DNA from: the human T2T-CHM13v2.0 reference genome, Homo sapiens
Length of the DNA: 64,000 nucleotides
Assembly: GCF_009914755.1 (NCBI RefSeq)
Contig: NC_060927.1
Strand: one strand, 5' to 3'
Shown here: piece after piece, positions 14,368-31,900 of the stretch
Layout: every line of letters starts with the position of its first letter
Position numbering within the stretch: the stretch's first letter is position 1
Made by a program: the position numbers and the translations under genes
The notes under the pieces: model-generated
What the model saw: only the letters and a program-made list of their open reading frames with translations
Told to the model about the DNA's origin: nothing
The model's database searches: none

Positions 14368-14811
14368 TGCACTAGTTTCCCACTGTTGCTGTAACAAATT
14401 ACCAAAAACTTAAAGGCGTAAAACAACACAAATTTATTATCTTACAGTTCTGCTTGTCCACGTTCCTTCTGAAGGCACTAGGGGAGAATCCATTTTCTTG
14501 CCTTTTTCAGGTTCAAGAGGCTGCCTCCGTTCCTTGGCTTGTGGCCTGACCCCATCTTCAAAGAGAGGAATGGCCAGTTGAGCCGTTTACACATTGCATC
14601 ATTCTGACTCTGACTCTCCTGCCTTCCTCCTTCATTTATTAGGACACTTGTGATTCCATTGGTCCAACCTGCATAATCCAGGAAATCTCCCCATCTCAAA
14701 ATCAGTAATCACATCTGCAATCTCCCTTTTGCCATGTAAGGCAACATATTCACAGGGTTTGGGGATTAGGACATGAACATCTTTAAGGGGGCCGCTATTC
14801 TGCCTACCACA
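14368..14811 (-). mobile_element. MLT1 (MaLR) LTR
   Basis: gctgtaacaaattacc...attctgcctaccaca; TSD TATGC/TTTGC. Confidence 0.85.
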
Positions 14812-15074
14812 TTTGCTTAGGCAAAATCTAGACAGGTTAAAGACGAGAAAAACAAATCACATATTTCTTTTCAACTCTGACGGATTTGAATACAATTAGG
14901 AAGGTCACATTTTCTCATGGTCCAAACAGGCTGAACAAATCAGTTCATTAACATGATCGTATACACTGATAAAGCTATAAATGATTGCCCAAGAGACTGT
15001 TGCTTCCTTTTACATTCACTATTGCTATTCTTGGACAACCAGAAACAACTATAAAAAGATGTTTGCTTTTTTAG

Positions 15075-15101
15075 ACACACACACACACACACACACACGC
15101 A
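15075..15101. repeat. (CA)n microsatellite
   Basis: Direct reading. Confidence 0.95.
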
Positions 15102-15548
15102 CCCCCGATTAGAGACTTTCTTCCTCAGGTTTCATTTGCTAGGATTTGCACTTTAAAAGATCCAGTGAGGAACAAAGAAAATAAAAGTAGATCATAAACT
15201 TCTCAACCAGATAACCTTTACTGATTTTTAAAAAATGGATGCATACCTGTATAAGGTTAGAAAAGTTGTAAGTTACTAACGTAACAGAGCCAAAAAAAGA
15301 AAAAAGATTAGAAAAATTAAATAATATGCCATCCATATTTCTTTGATGAAGTGTCTATACAAATTTTTTTGCCCACTTTTTACTTTCTTTTGTTATTAAA
15401 ATGTTTAGGACTTCTCAGACTATGATTATGTTATTAAATTTTAAATTTTGAAACTTATGCTTTTTATATTCTGGTTGCCAGTTCTGTACTAAATATATGT
15501 TTTGCAATTTTTTTTCCTCGTCTGTGGCTTGTCATTTTCTTAGCAAAG

Positions 15549-15707
15549 GTTGTTTTTGTTTGTTCGTTTGTTTTTGTTTTTTGTTTTGTTTTTAGATGAG
15601 TCTCCCTGTGTTGCCCAGACTGATCTCAAACTCTTGGGCTCAAACAATCCTCCCAACTTGGCCTCCCAAAGTGCTGGGATTACAGGTATGAGCCACCACA
15701 CCTGGCC
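15549..15707 (-). mobile_element. Alu monomer (FLAM-like)
   Basis: Left-arm sequence with T-rich tail. Confidence 0.85.
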
Positions 15708-15845
15708 AGCAGAGCTTTTTGAAGACCGAAGGATTTAATTTTGATGAAACCCAATTTATCAATTATTTTGCTCCTGTGGTTCATATTGCCTCCTAAGAAA
15801 TCTTTGCCTAAGATTCCAAAGATTTTCTCCTGTTTTCTTCTAGAA

Positions 15846-16052
15846 CAGCATTGTACAATATAACTTTCTGTTATGGCAGAAATGTTCTATAATCTGTGCT
15901 CACCAATACACTGGGTATAGCTAGCCAGATGTGACTTCTGAGAACTTGATATGTTGCTGCAACAACTGAGGAGCTGAATTTTTTAATTTTATTTTGTTTT
16001 AATTAGTTTAAATTTAAATAGCCACATGTGGCCAGCACAACGGGCCAGGAAG
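15846..16052. mobile_element. MER3-like hAT transposon
   Basis: cagcattgtacaatataactttctg...tagccacatgtggc; TSD TTCTAGAA/TTCTAGCA. Confidence 0.8.
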
Positions 16053-16324
16053 TTCTAGCAGTGTTATAGTTTTAGGTTTTACATTTTGGTCTATGATACA
16101 TTTTTACTTAATTTTTATAGAGGTACAAGGTATGTGTCAAGATTATTTTTTTTTTAAATATGGACACCTAATTCCTCCAGCACCATTCTGTGTGAAGACT
16201 ATCCTGTCTCCAATGAGTTAATTGACACCTTAGTCAAAAATATCAATTGACCATGTTTGTGTGGGTCTACTTCTGGAGTCTGTGCTGTTCCATGGACCTA
16301 TATGTCTATCCCTTCATCAACTGA

Positions 16325-18150
<1,826 letters not shown>

Positions 18151-18649
18151 AAATCATTTTGTCTTGATTTTTGTAACTTTATAGCAAGTCTTGAAATCAG
18201 GTAGTGTGGATGATCCAACATTTTCTTTTCCAAAATTGTTTTGGCTATTCTAGGTTCTTTACTTCTCTATATAAATTTTAGAAATAGCCTGTCAATTTCC
18301 ACAAAGACGACTGCTGAGATTGTGACTGCAATTGCATTATATCTGTCGATTTGGGAAGACTGACATTTTGACAGTACTGAAAATCCTAATCCATGAATTC
18401 AGTACATTTTACCACTAGTTTAGGTCTTGATTTCTCTCATCAATGTATGTCAGTTTTTGGCATGCAAATCTTATACATGTTCTGTTAGATTTATTCCTAG
18501 GTATTTGTAAATTGGATGCTGTTGTAAATATACTCTAAAAAGTTTTCACGTTCAAAACGTTTGCTGTTAGTATAAAAAAGTATGGTTCATTTTCATATAT
18601 TGACCTTGTATCCTGTGGGTTTGCTAAACTCACCTACTAGATCCAGTAG

Positions 18650-18946
<297 letters not shown>

Positions 18947-19588
18947 TAGATCCAGTAGCTTTTTGTAAGTTATTTGGATTTTCTTCATAGACAATCATGG
19001 TATCTACAAATGAAGGCATTTTCATTTCTTCCTTTCCAATCTGTGTGCCTATTTCTTTTTCTTGCCTTATTACACTAGCTAGGACCTCCTGGACAATATT
19101 GAATAGGAGTGGGGAATGCCAACATTCCTGCTTTGTTCTGATCTTAGGGGGAAAGCATTTCATCTTTCTTTATGAAGTATGATGTTAGGTGTTTTCATAA
19201 ATCCCCTTTACCAGGTGGAGGAAATTTCCTTCTATTCCTTGTTTTCTGAAAGTTTTATCAGGAACGAATGACAGATTTTTGTAAAATGCTTTTTCTGTAT
19301 CTATTGAGATAATCATATGCCTTTTTTCTTCTTTAGTCCGTTGATATGGTAAATTGCATTGATTGACTTATGTATATTGAACCAACTTTGCATTCTTGCA
19401 GTAAGGCTCATTTGGTCATGATGTATTTTCTACTCTTTTTATATACTAGATTTTATTTGCTAATATTTTGTTTAACATTTTTATGTCTATATTCATGAGG
19501 GATACTGGCTTGTAGTTTTCTTATAAATTCTTTGCCTGGTTTTGATATCAGGTAATGCAGGCCACATAAAATTGAAAAGTTTTCTCTC

Positions 19589-19900
19589 CTTTTCCTTTTG
19601 TTTTTCCAGGATAGGGTCTCACTCTGCCACCCAGGCCAGAGTGCAGTGTACAATCATAGCTTGCTGCAGCCTCTATCTCCTGGGCTCAAGTGATCTTCCT
19701 GCCTCAGCCTGCTGAGTAGCTGGGACTACAAGCATGCACCACCACACCTGGCTATTTTTTCTTTTATTTTTAGTAGAGATGAAGTCTCTACTAAAGTCTC
19801 TACATTGCCCAGGCTGGTCTCAAACTCCAGAGCTCAAGTGATCCTCCTGCCTTGGGCTCTCAAAAGGCTGGAATTACAGGCTTGAGCCACCATGCCCAGC
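19589..19900 (-). mobile_element. AluJ
   Basis: Antisense dimer. Confidence 0.93.
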
Positions 19901-21449
19901 TTTCCTCCTTTTTTCTATGTCTGAAAAAGTCTGTATAAAAATGGTATTACTTCTTTCTTAAATGTTGTAGGATTTGCAAATGAAGCCATCAGATTTTTCC
20001 TGTGGGAAAGTTTTTACATTGCCTAGTACCTCTTAGGTAAGCTTTGAGTGTCTGTCAAGAAATGTGTCCATTTGATTTATCAAATTTATTGACATAAAAT
20101 TGTTTATGATATTCTCTTATCATTTTAATGTCTGTAGGATCTATAGTGATAGCACCTTTTTCATTCTTGAATTAAAACTTATGTCTTCTCCACTTTTCCT
20201 TCTTTTAAGTCTAGCTAGAGGTTTATTAATTTTGTCTTTCAAATACCAGCTTTTGGTTTTAGAATCTTTTTTAAAATTTCATTTCTGCTCTTTATTATTT
20301 TCTAGTTTCTGCTTGTTTGGGATTTAATTTGCTTTTCTATTTTTAAACTTTTTAAGGTGGAGACTTACATCATTGATTGGAGGCCTTTTTTTGTTTTATA
20401 ATATAAGCATGTAACGCTATATATTACCTTTTAAGCACTGCTTTAGCTTCGTTTCATACATTTTGATGTGTTATACTTTTATCGCCAGTCCATTCAAAAT
20501 AGTTTTTAATTTCCTTATGCCTTCCTCTTTGACTTACAAGTTATTTAAAAGTATGTTGTCTAATTTCCAAATACTTGAGAATTATGCAGATATTATCAAT
20601 TTCTAGTTTAATTCTGTTGTGATTAGAGAACATATTTTATATTATTTCAATTCTTTACATTTGTTAAGGTTTTATGTCTCAGAATATCATCTAACTTGGT
20701 GAATTTCCCACATACATTTGAAAGGATGGTATTCTGCTGTTGTTGGCATGTTCTCTAAAACTTAATTGAAACAAATTGGTTGATAGGGCTGTTCAGGTTT
20801 TCTATATCCCTACTGATTTTCTGATTACTAGTTCTATGGATTACTGAAGCAGGAGCACTGACATCTCCAACTAAAATTGTTTGTCTACTTCACCTTTGGT
20901 TCTTTCAATTTTTTGTGTTAGGTCCATTCATATCTATGCTTGTTGTGCATTCTTCATGAATTTCTCCCTTATTCATTACGTAATATCCTTCTTTTTTCCT
21001 AGTAACATTCTTTATTCTAAAGTCTACTTTGTCTAATATAGCCACTTCATCTTTCTTTTGATTAGTGCTTTGCATGACATATCTTTCTCCGTCCTTTTAC
21101 TTTTAATATATCTATGTCTTTATATTTGAGGTGGGTTTCTTGCAGATAGCATATAGAGTTGGGTCTTGATTTTTTAACCCAATCTGACAATTCTTGCCAT
21201 ATTTAAAAAAATAAGTTAAAATTTCCCTCTACCTGCTCCACCTTTTAAAAATTTGGATGTCTTTGCATATTAGGCAACCCTTCAAGCCACTAGCCACTTC
21301 TATGTGCAATAATGTTTCCCTGTCCTAGAGGTTTCTTACAGATTTGTCATGCAAATTAAACATAATACCTTTATTCAAAAATAACTTAAAAGTATACTTG
21401 ATATTTCTATTCTCCCATTCCTAATGAGACAGAATCAAGTATTATACAC

Positions 21450-22350
21450 CCAATGACTCCCAATATCTGTCTACAACTAAAATCTCCCAAGTCACTGTCA
21501 AACCCACTAAGCCAAAAGCCTACTTAATATCTTTGATGTTTCACAGGTACCTCTTACTCAACATGTCTAAAACTCAATTTGTTACCATCCCCTGTACATT
21601 CTTCCTTTCAAATTTGTACCCTGTTTTATGTCTCTCCTCTCAGTGAATAGTAGTATCATCCTGCCAATTGCCAAGTCAGAAATTCAGGAACCACCTTCTC
21701 TTCTCTCCCTCCATCCAACTAATCATCAAACCCCCATTAATTCTACTCCTATATATTTTTTCGAATATCTTACCTTTTCATTTCCCATCTCATGTGCAAT
21801 GTTACTAGCCTTTTCGGCAACCATCATTTCTTACCTGGATTTCTGCAAAAGTCTTTTAATGGTTGTTCCTCCTACTTGCAGTTTTGAAGCTCCCAGCATT
21901 CTTGTACCCTACTCCCCAAAACTTCTACTCACAAAGTCCTTTGGCTCCCTCTTCTTATCTATCCTCTCTCATCACTCCCTCCTTCACTGAAGACACTGCC
22001 CCAACACACACACGTAAATCTATAATAATTAACACTGTACTTCCCAAGTCCTGGAACAACAGATGCTGTCTTTTGCATCATGTCTTTTCACTTACTATTC
22101 CTTTACGTAGAACATCCACCTCCTCCTGCGTTCACTTAACTAACTTTTACTTATCCTCCAGGTTTTAGTTAAGGTATCCTTTCTCATGGGAAGCTTTACA
22201 TAATACCCTAATCTAGATGATGTGCTCTTTATCTTTTAGCACTTAACACACTGAAATTATTTTTCTCTCTGTATCTCTTTCTAGATTGCAACCTCCATGA
22301 GAGCTGGGGCTGCTTTACTTGTCCATTTCATTCATCACTCTGTTCCCACT
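21450..22350. mobile_element. L2 fragments
   Basis: ctcaacatgtctaaaactcaa, atcatttcttacctggat, tagattgcaacctccatgagagc are typical L2 3' motifs. Confidence 0.65.
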
Positions 22351-22829
22351 ATTGTTAAATTCAGTAATCCTTATTACTTAGAAACAGGCACAAACCAGAA
22401 CAAAGCAGTCAATGGCATAGTGTAATTTGGGTGTATTGACTCAGAGCACCACATTGACTATGGTCTCAGTCAAAAATATTCATCGCCCAACATGTTGACA
22501 TTATTATTATTGTGTAAGGCATTATAGGACTTGGACTCAGATGCCTTGGGCAATTCCTTTCAGCCTCTCTGAAGGTTTTTCTTCATTTCTTAAAGGGATT
22601 AAGCAATACCTGTACCAAAGTGATATAGGAGAAACAGATTATAGGAGATGAAGCGAAAGCATTTTGTAAATCAAACAATGATACTCAACATATACATATA
22701 TGTATCCTTGACTAATCCACGGTGGCCAAAGTATAATGGCTTACTTTTATCCATCAGCGTTTTCCACTACTACTAATTTCCTACATTTTCAAATTTATTT
22801 TAATAAAGGACAGGATAAATACCAATTAC

Positions 22830-23003
22830 CTTTCTTTTTCTTAAGTCTAAAACCCTTGTTTTAAAATCCTCATCATCCAATATCAATTTTACTTAAAGAT
22901 TCTCAAATAGTTGCTGTGCACTAAAATAAAATTATTGATCCCTTTATTATACAAACGATCTGTTTTAAGTCCACACTAACATTGTCAGGTTTAGTTATTT
23001 CAC
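22830..23003 (-). ncRNA. Candidate internal exon of the minus-strand transcript (alternative acceptor starts exon at 22920)
   Basis: Strong acceptor ttttttgtttgtttcAG before 23003, second ttttattttAG before 22920, donor AAG|GTAATT after 22830; unique sequence. Confidence 0.5.
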
Positions 23004-23224
23004 CTGAAACAAACAAAAAACAACAAAAATATTAGAGGAAACAAAAATTTCTCAATGAAATCTTATAAATAGCCAGGATGTATACCACAATTAAAAGGCA
23101 TAACTTTTCAGGAAGATTCTTTTTTCTTAAAAAAAAAAAAAAAAGTAAAAACAATGCTATAAATTTCCAGAGGCGGAAGAGCACATAATAAACATTGTTT
23201 TATTCCCCATTATCCAAAATAGTA

Positions 23225-24285
23225 CAGTTGGCCTTTGAACGATGCAGGGGTTAGGGGTGCCAGCCCACTGTGCAGTCGAAAATCCAAGTTGAACGTTTGA
23301 CTCTGCCAAAACTTAACTACTAATAGCCTACTGTTGATTGGAAGCCTTACCAATAACATGAACAGGTGATTAACATATTTTGTATGTTATATGTATTACA
23401 CACAGTATTCTTACAATAAAGTGAGAGAAAAAATGTGATTAAGAAAAATCATAAGGAAAATACATTTATCGGTATGTATCAACCCCACAAGTTTACAAGA
23501 TGAATTGTGTCTGAAATGGCGGGCAGCTGCAGCTGCAGACCTCCATACATATCAAGCAATTCAACTTTTTCTTCTAATGTCATGACTTTTCTCTGCTTCT
23601 TGGGAGCACTTCCAGCATTGCATGGGTCCCATGGTGTGACGCAAGGTATTGCACTGAACACAATGGAAGTATTGCACTAAACACAATGAAAAATACATGA
23701 GAACCTCAAAAGATCACTTTTTACTGTGATACACAATTTTCTGGAGAGATTGACTGCTCCTGCAGAGATGATTAGCATCACATGACATTTTAAGTGGCTA
23801 TGCACAACACTTGAGCTCATGGCAATAGCAGCAGGAGGTGGCTACAAAATTACTACAATACAGTATGTACTACAGTTAGTTTTATGCAGTTACGATTTAA
23901 TACTGCATCTTTGTTGTTTATATTTCTCTCAACTACAAACGGTGCCATGTAGTCTATGTTTGTATGTATGTTTTAATAAATTTTACATTTTTATAATAGA
24001 CTTGTGTATATTTTACAGTAAATGATAAAACAGCCTAGTATCTACATATATGTTCTGCATTCATGATATACCTAAGTTTTTCTTAAATTTTTCAGTATTT
24101 CTAGGCTACTTGGGTCATCTGTTTTTTCAAATTGTCACAGATGTCCAAAAATTTTTCTAACACATTGAAAAAATTATTTCAATTATTAGAAATAATTTTT
24201 TGAATTTTTTTTTCAAATTATTGAAAATAATCCACCTATAAGTGGACCCGCGTAGTTCAAACCCATGTTGTTCAAGGGTCAACTG
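23225..24285 (-). mobile_element. Tigger2-derived (Tigger2b-like) DNA transposon, ~1.06 kb
   Basis: TIRs CAGTTGGCCTTTGAAC / GTTCAAGGGTCAACTG, TA TSD, transposase N-terminal remnant SAPKKQRKVMTLEEKVELLDMY. Confidence 0.9.
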
Positions 24286-25999
24286 TAAAATAAAATCATG
24301 AATATACATGGTATATTGAAATAGTAAATATAAATGGTACAATCTCAATAAATGTTTATTATGATTGCTGTAGTTATTTATACTACATTAAATAATGTAT
24401 GTTGAACTGAAATAGTAAGACCAAGGACAACTAACTCGTTTATGCCTATCTCAAAAATCTGGACCATTAGTAGCTAAACTCTGCAACTGTTTAAAATATT
24501 AAAATGAAAAACTGGTTAAATGGAAAAGTCAAACCCTGGATTCCCTCATATGTGTATTTTTCCCCCTGTGGATCTCATCTGACTGGACCTCATATGCTTT
24601 CAATAATTTATTTGTAAATTATAATTCATACATAACATCAATCAAATGGCTGCTTTTCCAACAAGGAGCTATGTGTGGGCAAATCACTGACTTTAGCAAA
24701 CATCTGACAGTTAATCAAGGGGGTCAGGATCGGCTATTTGTACATATTTTAGATGTACGGCATCACATACTGCGTGCGGTCATGAAAGGCTCACAAAAAG
24801 CTAGTCACATCCTGGCAAAACATGTTGTGTGATAAACAGACCATAAACAGAAACTATCACTGGCACTTAGGGGCAAACTCCAGCTGGGTTTCTTTATCCC
24901 TAATCCCAGTTTCAGCTGCAGGTTTTTTCCAGAAAGAACAGTAGTTTGATTTACTCAACACTCTGTAGAAGTCAGGGCGTGGTTATCCTCTAAATAATAT
25001 TACAAACGGATTTTCTCTGAACTCCTGTAGCAACAGGATCTGACAGTGGTTACTGGTAGGAAAAGGTGAAATTAAGATCAAAATAAAAGCCTACAAAAAA
25101 TAACAGCTTTTAACGACCACCTAGAGACAATGGAGGTAGGGGTATTTTTGAGACCAAAAAAAGAGTGTAACACAGCACAGAACATGAATACTTTTCAAGC
25201 TTTCAACACAGTTAACAGTTGAAGAGCATCTGGTTTTGCCAGCTCTCCTATTACTGTTTTATCCCATGTTATTCCAATACACTAATAACCTCCACAAATA
25301 CAGATTAATCACGTTTCCTTCTTGATCATTAGAGAAGGACTAATTGTAAGAGTAAATTTAGAAAAAATAATCAATGAAATGCTTCCTTTATCTTTTCTAA
25401 AACACTAAACTAGAAAGATGTGCAAAGTAAGACTGAGCAGCTTTTTCTACGGCAGGGATCAATGGGAGTGTACGTAATAAATGAATAATTGCATTCCTTC
25501 TCCCTGGCCAGCCGACAGAGTGGAAATCGACCTCTGTTCGGCGGGCATGCACAACCGGCTGGCATGGTGTCTGCGTTCCCCTCCTATGAAAGGATCAGCT
25601 CTAGTTACATGCCCTGTGCGCGGCCTGAAGCCTGTAACCGGGATTACGAGCCCACTATGAGCCAGGGACTAAAGGTGACACAGATTTCACCTCTTTTCAT
25701 TACCTTTGAAGGAAGTTCTGTGCCCTGACGAGGAAACTGGGGCCAAGCTCGCATAGGCAGTGCGGCCGAGTCAGCCCTGTGGCCCCCAAGCTGGGGCACG
25801 AACCCACCGCAGTGCTTGCACCAGGCACTGGCTCCGAGAGCAAAGGCATGACTGGGCACCTAAATACCCACTAGGCAGGCAGTGACTGCGACAGTAACTC
25901 TCTTCTTTTTGGCCACTCTCAGGCCGCAAGTCCTCCAGAAAACGGAAAACTGAGGCGCGAGCCAAGTGACTTTCCAAAGGTCACAGCTGGTAGCAGGCC

Positions 26000-26680
26000 G
26001 AGGAGGGCCTCCAGGCCTGGTGCTTGCGACCCTCAACGACCATCTGTAATAATGCCCAGAGCCTCTGCCAGGATTCCCCAGCCCTATGTTCCCGCGGCCT
26101 TTGAGGGGAAAGGGCCAGGGCCTAGACGTTCCCCTCCCGCGTGGTTTTCCCGTCAGCAGCTTTCGTCTGCAAGGGAAAGCGGCGGCCCCACCCGCAGACA
26201 GCTGCGAGGCACCGCGCCAAGCGTATGCGCCTGTTCCCAGGCACTCCCTCCTCCGCCTTCACCCTTTTGCCACCTCCGCCCTCCACCCAGCCCCGCCGTG
26301 CGCCTGCGCGCCCCGGCCCGTGGGCCAGCGGGCAGTCTACTCACGTGGGCCTCCGCATGGCCCAGCGCCGCCAAGGGCAAGGCGGAGCCTCGCGATCGCC
26401 CCGCCCCCTCCGTGCCCCGCCTCCTGTAGGGAGCGCGGGACCCTCGGCTGGCGCGGGCACTTCCCAGCCCAGCCCGGGGCGCCGGCTTCGCCGCGTGCGC
26501 GTGCGCATGGTGGGGTTTGGCTGGCTGCGGGATGCGGTCGAGGCCGCCGAGGCCGCAAACTCCAGTGGGAAGGCGGCGTGCCGCGGCCGGCTTCGGTGGA
26601 GGAGGGGGCGTTTCCCCGGAAAAGGAAGGAAGTGGGTGTCACGGGCCTCAATACGGCCCCTTTGACGTCTTGAGTGGGAA
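26000..26680. promoter_or_regulatory. CpG-island promoter
   Basis: Only CpG-dense, GC-rich segment in the window; NRF1-like GCGCCTGCGC (~26300) and GCGTGCGCATG (~26499), ETS GGAAGT (~26628), GC boxes. Confidence 0.9.
26345..26600 (-). ncRNA. Probable first exon of a minus-strand transcript (5' end uncertain)
   Basis: Consensus donor CAC|GTGAGT (GT at 26344-26343) inside the CpG island; GCC-ATG at 26358 gives MRRP(T). Confidence 0.55.
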
Positions 26681-26968
26681 ATCACAAGATACTGCTCCAG
26701 ATTTTCCCATTTTATGGCTAAATCCAAATGACTCGGACCCCCTGCCCCATCACATCAGGAACTTCAGCAGTTCCTTCCACCAAAGCTCAACTATTGCTGC
26801 AAGCGCTTTGGTAATCACGAGCATTATCTATGAAGCTACTGCTGTGGTCAGGGCCCCAGTCGTCCTGCTGAGTAGCAGACTTTGAAAGACGGTGTCCAAG
26901 GCCACCCTGCTGGTCAGTGACCTGCTCTAGAGGCTAAGCCAGGGCATGCTTAGAACTTTGATATTTAG

Positions 26969-27652
<684 letters not shown>

Positions 27653-28467
27653 ACTTACTGATATTCTTGTGTAGCTTTCTGGTGGGTAGTTTTATTAAGA
27701 AAAGTCTATATCCAGACCATGTCACTATATTCAAAATAAAAAATCCCTGCCTTAGGTGAGTTGTGTGTGTTCTCATACCATGGGTCCCTTGAGAACACGA
27801 AGTTTTTTGTGATTGTTGTTCTTAAGGTTACTTTGAAGCTGTCCTGATGGAGTGTGGTAAGATGGGGCATTCCTGGGACAGGACTTAAGGAACATATGTC
27901 CCACATTTATCACATTTGGCAGCATTTAGTTTTGCTTGATTATGAGTTCCTGTGGATTTTTTTTAGGTTGATTCCTGGGTGCAAATACCATAAGGAAGTA
28001 GCTCTAGATCTGCTGTTCAACCCCCAAATTTCACTTTCTCGTTAATATGGAATTACTGCTACTCCTGTTTTTCCCATCTTCTCTTATGGTGGGTAGTTTT
28101 ACTGAAGATTATCATCAGAAGGTGGTTAAGAGAATGGGATGATTAAGGAACAATGAGAATTGAACAAATAACAAAACCTTTACTGATTTGAGATCTTCAA
28201 GTTCTGCTCCCTCCTTGCCGCCCCCTCACCCAAAAGTCTTAGAACTCAGTGACCGTTCACAGATGGACTCAAATCTTTGCTCATAACATTTGAAAGAATA
28301 TTCTTCCTGTATTTGGATTTGAATTGCCTCAATTGAAATTTTGGCAGAATGGATGCATTGGAAATTGGGGAGGAGGCAGTGTCAAGGTATTAGGGAAAGG
28401 AGGGGATAATCTTGGCTAGGAGAGAGAACAATGAGAGTTTAGAGAAGGAATTTTTTAAAATGAGTGA

Positions 28468-28789
<322 letters not shown>

Positions 28790-30019
28790 CTCTATGGTTT
28801 AATAGTAATGGTAAGCTAATTCTTGAGTGTAAGGATTTCTATATTATTTATGGTGACCAAAAACATTACTGTGTCCTCATTTGGGGAATCTTTTTAGTTA
28901 AACTAGGCCTGAAAATTCTTGACAACAGAGTAGGAAGGGCATAGGGAGGGGTTGAGAGCTTAATGACAAAGATAATCTAGGATTGGGTAGATCTCAGTTC
29001 CAGTTCTTTTAGTGTCTCTGCAGCACACAAGTAACTAGCTAGCACCAGGTATACAGAGGCCTGAACCTGGAGGGTTGTTGCTGAAATTCCTCGAATGGAT
29101 GCAGCCAATAAGGGCTCAAATGCTATGTCTAACTTAGTCCCCCAAATTAGAAAGCACCAGATTAATTTACTGAATTATGAGCTCAAGATAGAGACCCTGT
29201 GCACCTAGCATAGATATTACAAATTGAATCTCATCAATTACTGATCAAAGACTTAGCTCAGGGGGCCCCTGTGGCAACTTGTGGTCCAATTACAATGAAT
29301 TTTGGGGAATACTTGCCGAAAGAATTGTATATTTCAAAGTAATAAAGCCCATGGTTGAAGAGTTTTTAAAATACCGCCCCCCGCCTCACCCCGCCATCTG
29401 TTTCAGTTTACTTCAGAGGTCTCATTTTGCAATATTGGATTCAGATTGTTGGACACAACATTTATAAGAGATGTTCTACGTTATTTTCTCAAAGCTTCAT
29501 TTCCAGGATCTTTCTCCCAACTTGTTTTGTAACCTAAAGCTTCCTACTCCCTGTAAAAGACAATACCTTAGCTGAAAAAAATAGTATTTTGATTTCCCAC
29601 CTTGTGAGGCTGAAGTAGAATAAGTTGTAACAGAAACAAAGTCCTAAAGATAGAAGAATAGGCCTCAAAAGCTGAGGTTGTATAATGGTCGATGAGGGAG
29701 ATGTCACACCAGTCCACAGTGAAAGGTTAAACAGCAGCCCAGAAGAGCACAAGTGGATATAATTCACTCATTGTGTTTTCTATTGACATCCCTTCCTCTC
29801 CCACCTTTTAGGCTAATGTAGATTCTGCCTTGATTAGATGCAAATTTTTAGAACTAGACAGGGGCTTGGAGCTTATGGCTCATTCTGCTCACCTGTACTT
29901 TGAGCAAACCGGTTAAGCATTTTCAGGTGACATGGCCAACACCACAAAGCTAGTTATTAGCAGAACCAGAATTAGAACCACTCCCTCCCTGCTCAGACGC
30001 AATTGCTCTTCCCTTTTCT

Positions 30020-30950
<931 letters not shown>

Positions 30951-31199
30951 TGACTTTTTATTAACTTGATGGTCATAGTTAAGAAATCAAGACATGAGAC
31001 TATGGTTAAGTTTCAGTAGTCTCATTAAGACACCCAGTCAGCTAACACTTCCATGTATGTCAGCAGCTCTTCTCCAACAATAAAGGTGTAATTTAAATTA
31101 CAGTTTATTAATTTGCTGATCAATCGACCCTATGGGTATATTCACTTATACTTAGCATTTAACTGTAACAAAGTTTTTTTTTCTTTTCAAATTCTAATA

Positions 31200-31900
31200 T
31201 TCTGGTTATCTACTGCTATACAGCAGACCACCGGAGAACTTGGTGACTTAGAATGACACTACTTATTTATTTATTTTGTAGAGACAGGTTCCCGCCATGT
31301 TGCCCAGGCTGGTCTCGAACTCCTAGGCTCAAGTGATCCCAGCCTCCCAAAGTGCTGGGATTACAGGTGAGTGACCGTGCGCAGCCAACACTACTTATTT
31401 TGCTCACCACTTTGTAATTTGAGCAGGGCTTCATGAGGATGGCTGGTCTCTGCTGCCCTCAGCATCAGCTAGGGCTGGCTTGAAGTCTGGGGGTGAAGTA
31501 ATTTGAAGGCTGGCTCTCTCTTGTCTGGAGGTTGGTGGTGGAAGACTTCAATAGCTGGAGGCTAGAACAGTGGGGTTCCTCAGGTATCTCTATCTCTATC
31601 ATCTCTATGGAGCTTTTACACACAGTCTCTTCAGCATGGTGGCTTCAGGCTGGCTAGTCATCTTACATGTTGGCCAGGGCTCCCAAGATTCACACTCCCA
31701 AGAAAGTGATCCCGGAAGAAGCTGTATCGCACTGTATGACTTATGCTCTGGAAGTCATATAGCAACCCTTGTGCCCTGCCATTTGTCCACCCATATTCCA
31801 TAAAATGGTCTATCGGCCCCACTTCTTGATGAAGGAATGCCCATATCACACTGTTAAAAGGGCAGGTGGCTGCTGCCGTATTTGGAAAATACAATCCTGC
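31200..31900 (-). mobile_element. Old MLT1 LTR with nested Alu monomer (31263-31387)
   Basis: MLT1 antisense motifs; monomer TSD ACACTACTTATTT. Confidence 0.7.

Noticed and set aside
22745-22780. Tiny minus-strand exon with GTAAGC donor
   Set aside because: The intron from 22829 would be only ~49 nt and the acceptor lacks a pyrimidine tract
26052-26885. Overlapping 100-195-aa ORFs on both strands
   Set aside because: Stop-poor frames expected in GC-rich CpG islands; Pro/Arg/Ala/Gly-biased with no recognisable domain
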